From an uncultured Actinomycetes bacterium (lineage in GTDB: Bacteria > Actinomycetota > Acidimicrobiia > Spongiisociales > DATADW01), in contig CAWGRK010000001.1 in NCBI GenBank assembly GCA_963824995.1, positions 263,094 to 300,360 of the forward strand: DNA of 37,267 nt, in the 5' to 3' direction. Position numbers and translations under genes: made by a program. The notes below the pieces were generated by a model that saw only the letters and a list, made by a program, of their open reading frames with translations, made no database searches and was not told the DNA's origin. Of this stretch, positions 18,866-27,285 are shown piece by piece. Position 1 is the first letter of the stretch. Each line of letters begins with the position of its first letter.

Positions 18866-19252
18866 TCAGCCCTGACTGGCGATCTGAATCAGATTGCCGC
18901 AGGTGTCGTCGAACACCGCGGTCGTCACCGGCCCCATCTCCGTCGGATCCTGGGTGAAGTGGACGCCACGAGCGGCCAAACGCTCGTGCTCGGCGCGCAC
19001 GTCGTCGACGGCGAACGAGGCGAAGGGGATCCCGTCCTCGACCAGCGCATCTTTGAACGGCCCGACGGCGGGATGGCCGGACGGCTCGAGCAACAACTCG
19101 GTCCCGTCCGGGTTCTCCGGCGAGACGACCGTGAGCCACTTGTCCTCTCCGAGCGGGATCTCGGTCTTCTTGATGAACCCGAGGACGTCGGTGTAGAAGT
19201 CGAGCGCCTTGTCCTGGTCGTCCACGAACACGCTCGTCAGATGAATCCGCAT
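18866..19252 (-). CDS. VOC/glyoxalase family protein
   Basis: MRIHLTSVFVDDQDKALDFYTDVLGF...WLTVVSPE...AVFDDTCGNLIQI. Confidence 0.93.
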   Translation of the reverse strand: MRIHLTSVFVDDQDKALDFYTDVLGFIKKTEIPLGEDKWLTVVSPENPDGTELLLEPSGHPAVGPFKDALVEDGIPFASFAVDDVRAEHERLAARGVHFTQDPTEMGPVTTAVFDDTCGNLIQIASQG

Positions 19253-19527
19253 CAGTCTTTCCTTTCGACGTCGAGCCACCGCTCGACAATCGCCCAAAGC
19301 GGGCCTTTGTCGAGATAGTGGAACTTGTATCTGCCCTCGCGCCTGGTGCTCACCAGCCCGGCTTCCTCGAGCACCTCGAGGTGCTGGCTGATCGCCTGCC
19401 TGGACATGCCGTGCTTCATGGTCACCCGGGCGCAGAGCTCGAACAGCGTCTGCCCATCACGCTCGTGCAACTCGTCGAGAATCGCCCTCCTCGCCGGTGC
19501 CCCCAGCGCCTGGAACAGGTCACTCAC
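19252..19527 (-). CDS. ArsR/SmtB-family HTH regulator
   Basis: LFQALGAPARRAIL, MSRQAISQHLEVLEEAGLVSTRREGRYKFH; translationally coupled to the VOC gene. Confidence 0.92.
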   Translation of the reverse strand: MSDLFQALGAPARRAILDELHERDGQTLFELCARVTMKHGMSRQAISQHLEVLEEAGLVSTRREGRYKFHYLDKGPLWAIVERWLDVERKD

Positions 19528-19536
19528 TGATGAGCG

Positions 19537-19566
19537 ACAATAGGCAAGCTGTTACTTGCCTGTCAA
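19537..19566 (-). promoter_or_regulatory. Sigma-70-type promoter with an ArsR-type inverted-repeat operator in the spacer
   Basis: Minus strand TTGACA-18 nt-TATTGT, 9 nt before the GTG; inverted repeat AGGCAAG-N6-CTTGCCT at 19542-19561. Confidence 0.8.
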
Positions 19567-19579
19567 TACCCAAGAACCG

Positions 19580-19730
19580 AGTACTTAGTACTCAGTACTT
19601 GGTACTCAGACAGAACCACTCGGATCGGTCCCCGGGAGGAGGGAGGCGCTTCGGGGCCGGGAGATGGTCGGCGCACGGCAGACGGCAGACGGCAGAGCGC
19701 TCTGGTCTAAGTACCAAGTACTAAGTACTT
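19580..19730. repeat. Inverted pair of AGTACTY heptamer arrays flanking an (ACGGCAG)3 array
   Basis: 19580-19611 agtactt agtactc agtactt ggtactc agac; 19675-19695 (acggcag)3; 19705-19730 gtct aagtacc aagtact aagtact t, the reverse complement of the first array. Confidence 0.85.
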
Positions 19731-21307
19731 CGAGATCCGATCACACTCCCAAACCCCACGCCGAGGTCATCGAGGATGACCATGGCGGCGTTGCGGCCGG
19801 GGCCGCCGGTTATGGAGCCGCCGGGGTGGGTGGTGGCGCCGGTTTGGTAGAGGCCGGCGATCGGCATCCGGTGCTGGGCCCAGCCCGGGACCGGGCGGAG
19901 CATGCCGCTGTTGGCCAGGCCGCGATCGCCACCGTGGATGGTGCCGTGCCACATGTGAGGGTTGGAGTGCTCGATGTCCACCGGGCTCTTGGCGCGGCGG
20001 GCCAGCACCTTGTCGTCGGTGATGTTGGGGGCGCACCGCTGCAGCACTGCGAAGTGTTGTGCGGCCAGTTCGTCGCGGTAGGTCTCCCAGGTTCCCTCGG
20101 AAAGCTCGTAGGGGGCCATGCTGAGGATCTTCACCGTGTGGTGATCCTCCGGTGCCCGTGACGGGTCGACCAGCGTCGGGGTGGCGAAGAGCAGGAAGGA
20201 ACCCTCGTGGTGAAGACGTCCCTCCTTGATCCCGCGCCCGAACTCGATGGTGTCCTCGGGCCAGGGCACATAGCCGGCGGACACCGCGGTCTGGGTATCG
20301 CCGTCGCCTGCCAGGAAGCGGGGCGGCTCGGTTGTGGCGTAGTAGGAGGCGAACGACGGCATCCCCTCGTCGAAGGTGTCCACCCCGTCGAGGAACTCGT
20401 CACCCCACACGGCGGCGGGTGCCATCTCGACCAGAGACTTGACATGGATCGAGGAGACCACGGCGGTGCGTGCCATGAACGTCTCACCGTCCTCGGTCTC
20501 CACCCCGACGCACCGGTCCCCCTCGAGGACGAGGCCGGTGATCAACCGGTTGGTAAGGACGCGGCCACCGTGGTCCTCGATGGCGCGCACCAGGGCGCGT
20601 GGCAGCGCGGCAGAGCCGCCCAGCGGGATCGACCAGCTGCGGACCTGTCGCCCCCCCACCGATGAGGCTGCCAGCGCCCCGGATCCGGCGGAGTCGATGG
20701 GTTGCGCCGTCTGGAAGGCCATCCAGGTGAGAAAGGCCCGGACATGACGGCTCTCGAAGAGATGGGAGATGACCGCCCACGATGACTGGGCGTTGCGCCG
20801 CAGCCACCGCCCGCCCCCGGGCGTCTCGGCGAGTGTCTCCTCGAGACTGGGGACGTAGCCGACCGGGTTGAATCGCCACCGGCCGAACACGTCCTTTACC
20901 TGGTCCCATTCGGTCAGCATCTGCCGGTATGCGTCGGCATCGGCCTTGGAGAACCGGGCGATCTCGTCGATGGTGCGATCGAGGTCGAGCCACATGGTGA
21001 AGTGTTCGCCGTCGGGGAAGACGACGTGGGCCACCGGGTCCGGATGAACATAGGTCAGCCCGTACTCGGAGATGAGACCCAGTTCGTCCCTGCTCAGTAC
21101 CGGGTTGGTCTGGATCAGCGTGTGCCCGGTGGAACAGCTGTCGAAGTGGTAGCCGGGCAGCATCAGTTCCTCGGTGGCGGCGCCGCCCCCCGCCTCGGGT
21201 CTGGCATCTAGGACCAGGACCTCGAGCCCGGCACGAGCCAGGTAGGCGGCGGTGATCAGACTGTTGTGGCCTCCACCGGCCACTACTACGTCGGCTGTCT
21301 CCGTCAT
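19721..21307 (-). CDS. FAD-dependent oxidoreductase, phytoene-dehydrogenase-like
   Basis: DVVVAGGGHNSLITAAYLARAG, GGGAATEE, PLGGSAALPRAL, GLYQTGATTHPGGSITGGPGRNAA. ATG at 21307 follows GGAGGAG. Confidence 0.9.
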   Translation of the reverse strand: MTETADVVVAGGGHNSLITAAYLARAGLEVLVLDARPEAGGGAATEELMLPGYHFDSCSTGHTLIQTNPVLSRDELGLISEYGLTYVHPDPVAHVVFPDGEHFTMWLDLDRTIDEIARFSKADADAYRQMLTEWDQVKDVFGRWRFNPVGYVPSLEETLAETPGGGRWLRRNAQSSWAVISHLFESRHVRAFLTWMAFQTAQPIDSAGSGALAASSVGGRQVRSWSIPLGGSAALPRALVRAIEDHGGRVLTNRLITGLVLEGDRCVGVETEDGETFMARTAVVSSIHVKSLVEMAPAAVWGDEFLDGVDTFDEGMPSFASYYATTEPPRFLAGDGDTQTAVSAGYVPWPEDTIEFGRGIKEGRLHHEGSFLLFATPTLVDPSRAPEDHHTVKILSMAPYELSEGTWETYRDELAAQHFAVLQRCAPNITDDKVLARRAKSPVDIEHSNPHMWHGTIHGGDRGLANSGMLRPVPGWAQHRMPIAGLYQTGATTHPGGSITGGPGRNAAMVILDDLGVGFGSVIGSRST

Positions 21308-21320
21308 CGGTGCTCCTCCT

Positions 21321-22391
21321 TCAGACGCCCACGCCGACACCGGCCAGCAACGGCGCCACCTCGACCGACCGACCGCCGTCAAGCGACGACTGGAGGGCAG
21401 CCGCCACTACACCAAGGGCGCGAATCCCCTCGATGGCACCCACCTCGACCTCGGCCTCCCCCCGGATCGCCAGGGCGAACTCTTCCAGTTGCTCGCGGAA
21501 CATGTCCGTGGGCGGTAGCGGCACTTCGGGGCGCTCCGGGCTCCGGTATGCCTGGCTCACCAGAGTGCTGGCGCTGTCCACCAGGTGCGACTGGTCCCAT
21601 TGGGTGAAATCGAGGTCGTAGATGAGGTTGGCCTCGGTCCCGAGCAGCCGCATCTGGTAGACGCCGGGTGAGGCCCACCCAGTCCCCAGATAGCCGAGAG
21701 GTCCCGACTCGAACTCGAGGATGCACATCACCGCGTCGGGAACCTCGGCCTCGGTGTACAGCCGGCGAGCGTGGGCGCTCACCGTGGCGACAGGGCCGAG
21801 CAGGTATTGGAGCGTGTCGGCGTGGTGGACACCGAGTTGGATGAGGGCACCCCCCGGGCTCTTGTCGGCGAAGAACCGCCACGTGGACGGGGTCAGCTCG
21901 AGTCCGCGCTCGTTGGAGAAGTTGGCCTCGGCCAGGGAGACCCGACCGATTCGTCCGTCGTCGATCCAGCTCTTCATCGCCCGGTGCCCGGAGAGACGGC
22001 GGGCGCTGTGACCGACGGCGAAGACCATCCCGGTCCGATCGACCGCAGCGGCGATCTCGGCGGCGTCCCCGATGGTGTGGGCGATGGGCTTGTCGGTATA
22101 AACCGCCTTGCCGGCCTCGAGGCAGTCGAGGATGACCGGCTTGTGGACGTCGTTGGGGGTGGTGACGATCACGCCTTCGATCTCGGGGTCGGAGAGCAAT
22201 TCGTCGAGGGACCCCGCCGCTCGGGGGATACCGAACTCCTGCTGGAAGGCGGTGCGCGACTCCTCGCTGCGTGAGAAGCAACTGGCAAGCTCGATCACCG
22301 ATCCCCGCTGGGCTCCGCGGGCGAGGACACGGGCCCAGCGGCCCAGCCCTATGGGAGCAAGCCTGACCGGCTCGCTCGATCCGTCGGTCAT
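21321..22391 (-). CDS. Gfo/Idh/MocA-family oxidoreductase
   Basis: IGLGRWA, TTPNDVH, AGKAVYTDKPI, VGHSARR, GGALIQLGVHHAD. ATG at 22391 follows GGAGGG. Confidence 0.92.
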   Translation of the reverse strand: MTDGSSEPVRLAPIGLGRWARVLARGAQRGSVIELASCFSRSEESRTAFQQEFGIPRAAGSLDELLSDPEIEGVIVTTPNDVHKPVILDCLEAGKAVYTDKPIAHTIGDAAEIAAAVDRTGMVFAVGHSARRLSGHRAMKSWIDDGRIGRVSLAEANFSNERGLELTPSTWRFFADKSPGGALIQLGVHHADTLQYLLGPVATVSAHARRLYTEAEVPDAVMCILEFESGPLGYLGTGWASPGVYQMRLLGTEANLIYDLDFTQWDQSHLVDSASTLVSQAYRSPERPEVPLPPTDMFREQLEEFALAIRGEAEVEVGAIEGIRALGVVAAALQSSLDGGRSVEVAPLLAGVGVGV

Positions 22392-22768
22392 GTTCCCTCC
22401 AATCCGGGTACCGATATGTCGAGTTCGTCGAGGTTGGCTTCCAGGTCGGGGTGGGGGAAGAAGCAGGCGAGCGTGATCCCATCCGGATCGGCGGTCGCCG
22501 TGGCGTGCGGGACGCCACGGGGGATCCGCACCCAGGACCCGGAGGAGAGCGGGTGAAACGTCCCATCGATCCAGACCGCCCCCGAGCCCTCGGCCACGAA
22601 CACGATCTCTTCGCTCTCGGGGTGACGATGGGCGTTGCGGCGGGCGCCCGGGTCGATGTGGACGAATCGGGCGCTCGTCGCTCCGCCGACCGTCGCCGCG
22701 AACGGGTCGGCGCTCTTCCTCCCGGGCCGCTCCTCCGACCCGAAGCTGCCCGCAGGGACGACCGTCAC
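22388..22768 (-). CDS. Cupin-domain protein
   Basis: HRHPESEEIVFVAEGSG and GSWVRIPRGVPHAT cupin motifs; 4-bp overlaps with both neighbours. Confidence 0.9.
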   Translation of the reverse strand: MTVVPAGSFGSEERPGRKSADPFAATVGGATSARFVHIDPGARRNAHRHPESEEIVFVAEGSGAVWIDGTFHPLSSGSWVRIPRGVPHATATADPDGITLACFFPHPDLEANLDELDISVPGLEGT

Positions 22769-23523
22769 CGCGCACCACCCCGGGACACCATTACTTCCCG
22801 CACCGCCTTCTCCAACTCGGCTCCCACTTCGCCGACGAACCCGGCAGCCAGATCGGGTGTCGCCCAAGAGGGATCCCCGTACCAGCCGTCCACCGCAATC
22901 TCGGTGACATCGGTGATGTACCCGTAGACCTCGCGTGAGCGCCGCATCTCGTCCAGGGCTTCGGCACCATCGGGACGGCTCGCCTCGGACACCGAATCCC
23001 AGCGGACGAGCGCAGGGTCGGCTGCCATCACCGCCATCGTCTCGATCGCCCCCCCGTGGGTGAGGCCCCCACCGCGCTCGGCGAATACCCGCTGTGCGGT
23101 GTAACAGGCCTGGGCGGCGATCACCAGAACCTCATGGCGGTCCTGGAGATCGGTGGCGACCGCGTCCAGCGAAGCGATGTTCCCCTCGTGCCAGTTGACC
23201 AGGACGAGAACGGATGCACCCATCGCGGCCAACTCCTCGCAGATGTTGGCCACGTACTCCTCGAACACCCTGCGCCGCAGCGAAATGGTGCCGGGATGAC
23301 CGGCATGGATCGGGGTGACGCCGTACGGGCCGCCCGGCACGAACAGGGCGTCGAGCCGCTCGGCGAGGTCGGCGCCGATGAGGTCGGCGGCCATGGTGTC
23401 GGTGCCGCAGGGGAGGTGCGGCCCATGTTGCTCGATGCTCCCGAACGACAGCACTGCGATCCCCGACCGATCGAGGAGGGCGCGCACCTCGGGGGCGGCG
23501 AGCCGTTCGATGGAGCGGCTCAC
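22765..23523 (-). CDS. Creatininase-family protein
   Basis: GSIEQHGPHLPCGTD, HAGHPGTISL, VNWHEGN, HGGAIET, GWYGDPSWAT. Confidence 0.92.
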   Translation of the reverse strand: MSRSIERLAAPEVRALLDRSGIAVLSFGSIEQHGPHLPCGTDTMAADLIGADLAERLDALFVPGGPYGVTPIHAGHPGTISLRRRVFEEYVANICEELAAMGASVLVLVNWHEGNIASLDAVATDLQDRHEVLVIAAQACYTAQRVFAERGGGLTHGGAIETMAVMAADPALVRWDSVSEASRPDGAEALDEMRRSREVYGYITDVTEIAVDGWYGDPSWATPDLAAGFVGEVGAELEKAVREVMVSRGGAR

Positions 23524-24482
23524 CGCGCCTCCACCCCCATCGGGGTCACCGGGTTGGCCAGAGGCTGGCCCTGGAGCAGTCGGCGGGCCTCGGCTGCAGC
23601 CTGACGACGCATCTCGAACTCGGTCTCCTCGGTGTACCAGGCCATGTGCGGGGTGAGTATCAGTTGCTCGGAGCTGAGCCCCGCCGGTGGCGGGGGTTCC
23701 GTGGGGTAGACGTCGAGGGCGGCAACCGCGGGGCGTCCCTCGGCCAGGGCGCCGGCCAGGGCAGCGAGATCTATCAACGATCCGCGCGCCGTGTTGACCA
23801 GCACCGAACCGGGACGCATCAGATCCAGTTCGGCTGCCCCCAGAAGCGGCTCACCCCCGTCGCCGGGCACATGAAGTGTCACCACATCGGCGCTCGAGAG
23901 CAGCGCTTCCAACGACACGACTCCGGCTTGCATCCTCTCGTCGTCGAGCATCGGGTCGTTGACCAGGACCCGTCCGAACCCCACGGCGGTGAGCAACTGC
24001 CCGACCCTGCGGCCGATGCGGCCAAAGCCCACCACCCCGGCGGTCATCGAGCGGGGCAGTCGGAGCGGTCGGAGCTCGGCGAACCCCCAATTGCCGCTGC
24101 GCAGCCGGCGTTCCGCCATTGGAATCCGCCGGATCCCGGCGAGGACCAGAGCGAGGGTGTGCACGGCCACGGCTTCGGTGCCGTAGTCGGGGGTGTTGGC
24201 CACCGAGATGCCTGCTGCGGCGGCGGCATGGAGGTCGATCGAATCGACCCCTACGCCGTAACGGATGATCCCCCGACAGCTCAGACCGGCGAGGGTCTCC
24301 GAGTCGAATTGCGGGGCGGCGCCGGCGAGGATGATGTCGGCATCGGCAGCGATGGCGAGGATTTCCTCCCGGGTCCGCCCGGCGCCGGACACGATCTCCA
24401 CCCCGAGGTCTCCGAGCGCTTCGCGCTCGACTCCGAAGTCTGGGTACCGGGTCCCGACGATGGCGACCGTTGCCGAGGCCAC
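23520..24482 (-). CDS. D-isomer-specific 2-hydroxyacid dehydrogenase (CtBP-like subgroup)
   Basis: RYGVGVDSID, NTPDYGTEAVA, GFGRIG, VNTARG, LDVYPTEP, TPHMAWY. Start placed at GTG 24482, 6 nt after a TACACT -10 box (leaderless); the ORF track gives 24503. Confidence 0.9.
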   Translation of the reverse strand: MASATVAIVGTRYPDFGVEREALGDLGVEIVSGAGRTREEILAIAADADIILAGAAPQFDSETLAGLSCRGIIRYGVGVDSIDLHAAAAAGISVANTPDYGTEAVAVHTLALVLAGIRRIPMAERRLRSGNWGFAELRPLRLPRSMTAGVVGFGRIGRRVGQLLTAVGFGRVLVNDPMLDDERMQAGVVSLEALLSSADVVTLHVPGDGGEPLLGAAELDLMRPGSVLVNTARGSLIDLAALAGALAEGRPAVAALDVYPTEPPPPAGLSSEQLILTPHMAWYTEETEFEMRRQAAAEARRLLQGQPLANPVTPMGVEAR

Positions 24483-24488
24483 GGGCCG

Positions 24489-24511
24489 AGTGTAGGCCGA
24501 CAAACGTTTGC
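24489..24511 (-). promoter_or_regulatory. Internal promoter: LacI-type operator ACAAACGTTTGC (24500-24511) next to a TACACT -10 box
   Basis: Minus strand GCAAACGTTTGT-CGGCC-TACACT-CGGCCC-GTG. Confidence 0.72.
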
Positions 24512-24524
24512 GGAAACCGACGGG

Positions 24525-25517
24525 TCAGAAGTCGAACAAACGGCGGGCATTGCCGCCGGTGATCGCCTCACGCTCCTCGTCGTCGAGACCGGGCACCTTC
24601 GCAACCAGCCCAACCGGGTCGGTCTCGCCCATGTCGAAGGGGAAGTCGGTGCCAAGGAGCACCCGATCCGCTCCGACGACATCGATGAGATGTCGCAGGT
24701 AGAGGGGATCGAAGACCATCGTGTCGTAGTGGAGGCTCCGCAGGTAGTGACTCGGCGGGTGGTCGGGGATCCTCACCCTCGTCTCGGGGCGGACCTCCCA
24801 GGTGTGGTCGGCGCGCGCCGCGTAGAAGGGGAGATAGCCGCCGCCGTGGAGCAGGACCAACCGCAGCGCCGGGACCTCCTCGAAGAGCCCCGAGAAGATG
24901 AGTCGGGTGGCGCAGACCATGGTCTCCAACGGGTTGCCGATGCAGTTCACCAGGAAGTAGTCATCGAGTCGATGGCTCTCGGGGAAGCCGTTGGGGTGAA
25001 TGATGATGGGAAGCCCGAGTTCCGCCACGGCTTCGAAGAACGGGCGAAACCGGGGTTCGTCGAGGTTGCGGCCGTCCACCGTCCCACCGATCTGCAAGCC
25101 CTTGAACCCGATCCCGGCTACCCGCTGCGCCTCGGTGATGGCGAGGTCCACGTCCTGGAGCGGGACGGTCGCTCCCATGGCGACGAAGCGGTCAGGATGC
25201 TCGGCCACCGCGGCGGCGATCCTGTCGTTCTGCATCCTGCTCAACTCTGCACCGAGTTCACCCGGCACCCAGTAGCAGTACTCCGAGACGAAGGTGGCGA
25301 GACCCTGGATGTCCACCCCCATCCGGTCCATGTGCTCGAGCCGTGCTTCGGGGTCGGTGAGCGAGCCGGCGATGGAAGGGAACATCGTCTTGTTTTGCTC
25401 CCGCGACGCCTCACCCATGAAGTGGTCGTATGGCTCCATTTCAGGACGGAAATAAGGGGAGGCAACCTGGCGCACGCCTGGCGTGGCCAGGTGGCAATGG
25501 GCATCGATGACCGGCAC
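24525..25517 (-). CDS. Amidohydrolase-2 family (ACMSD-like)
   Basis: IDAHCH, MDRMGVD, IIHPNG, IGNPLET, LHGGGYLPF, YDTMV, LLGTDFPFDMG. Confidence 0.92.
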   Translation of the reverse strand: MPVIDAHCHLATPGVRQVASPYFRPEMEPYDHFMGEASREQNKTMFPSIAGSLTDPEARLEHMDRMGVDIQGLATFVSEYCYWVPGELGAELSRMQNDRIAAAVAEHPDRFVAMGATVPLQDVDLAITEAQRVAGIGFKGLQIGGTVDGRNLDEPRFRPFFEAVAELGLPIIIHPNGFPESHRLDDYFLVNCIGNPLETMVCATRLIFSGLFEEVPALRLVLLHGGGYLPFYAARADHTWEVRPETRVRIPDHPPSHYLRSLHYDTMVFDPLYLRHLIDVVGADRVLLGTDFPFDMGETDPVGLVAKVPGLDDEEREAITGGNARRLFDF

Positions 25518-25526
25518 GGCTTGGTT

Positions 25527-26252
25527 TCAGTCCTCGGTCGGAGTTCTCTGTTCGAACGCCCGGAGCGACACATGGAGGTGCTCGAGCACCGCATCGATGG
25601 CGGCCTCGGTGTCGCCGCGCTCCAAGGCATCGAGGATGGCGGCATGGTCCCGGTTGGCTTTCTCCCGCAAACCGGCGACGTGCTTGATCGATGCGCCGAT
25701 GTACATGACCGAAGCATCCTGAAGACCTCGGATGATCGCCGCCAGCCGTGGAGAGGCCGCCTCCTCGTACACCGCCATGTGGAAGGCCCGGTTGTCGTCC
25801 ACCCATTGCGCCGAATGGGGCTCACGTTCCATCTGCTGGTGGAGGTCGCGCAACCTCTCGAGCACGGACTCCGAGAGGTTGGGCACCGCTTGGCGCATGG
25901 CGAGAGGTTCGAGGAGCCGGCGGATCTCGTAGATCTCGTGGAGCTCGTCACCGCTCAGCTCCGAGACCACGGCGCCGCGGTGGGGATCGAACTGGATCAA
26001 TCCCTCCGATGCCAGATCACGCAGCGCTTCGCGCACCGGTGTGGTGCTCACCTCGAGCGTTGTTGCCAGTTCCGCCTGGACCAGCCGGCTGCCCCCGGGG
26101 ATGTCCCCGGAGAGGATGGCCCGCCGCAGCACCTCGCGCACGTATTCGTGGGCGGTCTGCCGGGTGGCTGAGAAGCTCTGCCCGGCCAAACCGGGCAGTC
26201 TCTCGACCGCGGAATCGGTCACTCTGGTCCTCTCCCCGCTGACTTCGTGCAT
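25527..26252 (-). CDS. GntR-family (FCD) transcriptional regulator
   Basis: [67 protein letters not shown]. Start is approximate. Confidence 0.92.
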   Translation of the reverse strand: MHEVSGERTRVTDSAVERLPGLAGQSFSATRQTAHEYVREVLRRAILSGDIPGGSRLVQAELATTLEVSTTPVREALRDLASEGLIQFDPHRGAVVSELSGDELHEIYEIRRLLEPLAMRQAVPNLSESVLERLRDLHQQMEREPHSAQWVDDNRAFHMAVYEEAASPRLAAIIRGLQDASVMYIGASIKHVAGLREKANRDHAAILDALERGDTEAAIDAVLEHLHVSLRAFEQRTPTED

Positions 26253-26283
26253 CCTATAACCTCGCTGTGGAGGGGAGAACAAG

Positions 26284-27285
26284 CTGCGCGCCGCACTGTT
26301 GACAGAGCCGATGCAGGTCACCTTGGCCGAGGTCCCGCCGCCGGAGGCGGATGGCATGGTCACAGTGCGTCCCGAGACGCTTGGGATATGCGGCACCGAC
26401 GTCAAGATCTTCACCGGACGGGTGCCGGCGGAGTACCCGATCGTGATCGGACATGAGATGGTGGGCAGGGTGGTTTCGGCGCCCGACGGCTCCCCGTTCC
26501 AGCCGGGCACCAGGATCCTGATCGATCCCGCGGTGTCCTGCGGCGAGTGCGACCTGTGCCGCCGTCAGCGGCCGCAGTTGTGCCGGTTCGGCGGGTTGAT
26601 GGGCCGCGACTCATCGGGGGTCTTCGCCGACCTGGTGGCGGTGCCGGGGGGTCGGCTGGTGGAGGTCCCGGCCCCGGTGACCGAGACGGCAGCGGGGTTG
26701 CTCCAGGTACTGGGGACCTGCGTCCACGCCCAGCGGTCGATCGATGTCTTCCCCGGTCAGGTGGCGGCCGTGGTGGGCCTTGGCGTGGCGGGACAGCTGA
26801 TGGCGCAGTTGCTCCAGCTGCGGGGAGCGGTCGTCGCCGGGTTCACCCGCTCATCTTCCAAGCGCGAACTGGCCGGCCGGCTCGGCGCCACGGTGACCGC
26901 CCACCCCGACCAGGCACCCGCCGTCCTCGACGAACTCACCGAGGGGCGGGGACCCGATCTGGTTGTCGAGGCGGCCGGGTACGAGTCCACCCTCGCCATG
27001 TCGATCGAGCTGGCGGGGATTGGCGGCGAGGTGCTCGTCTTCGGGACCATCGCCGGTGGAGACAAAGGGCTGCCCTATTACCAGATGTACGCCAAGGAGC
27101 TCACCCTCTACAACCCGCGTGCCGCCCTGCTCGACGACTACGCCACCGCGGTGCGGCTGGCAGCGGCGGGCCGGATCGACCTGGAGCCGATCGTCACCCA
27201 CACGGTCGCCCTCGAAGATGTTGCAGACGCCTTCGCTCTGGTGGCCGAGCCCGACTCGCTCAAGGTCCTGCTCCGACCCCGATGA
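26284..27285 (+). CDS. Zinc-dependent alcohol/polyol dehydrogenase (MDR family)
   Basis: GICGTD, GHEMVG, structural-Zn CGECDLC...C, GLGVAG. The frame extends upstream as LRAALLTEP from CTG 26284; start uncertain. Confidence 0.92.
   Translation: MRAALLTEPMQVTLAEVPPPEADGMVTVRPETLGICGTDVKIFTGRVPAEYPIVIGHEMVGRVVSAPDGSPFQPGTRILIDPAVSCGECDLCRRQRPQLCRFGGLMGRDSSGVFADLVAVPGGRLVEVPAPVTETAAGLLQVLGTCVHAQRSIDVFPGQVAAVVGLGVAGQLMAQLLQLRGAVVAGFTRSSSKRELAGRLGATVTAHPDQAPAVLDELTEGRGPDLVVEAAGYESTLAMSIELAGIGGEVLVFGTIAGGDKGLPYYQMYAKELTLYNPRAALLDDYATAVRLAAAGRIDLEPIVTHTVALEDVADAFALVAEPDSLKVLLRPR

Noticed and set aside
19580..19730. CRISPR array
   Set aside because: Repeats are contiguous 7-mers with no unique spacers, and there are no cas genes.
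22765..23523. Mycofactocin peptidase MftE or a creatinine-utilisation operon
   Set aside because: No mftABC/radical SAM genes and no sarcosine oxidase genes in the window; the NWHEGN motif is atypical.
23646..26171. 841-aa plus-strand ORF
   Set aside because: Antisense shadow of three well-supported minus-strand genes; no recognisable motifs. Long shadow ORFs are expected at high GC.
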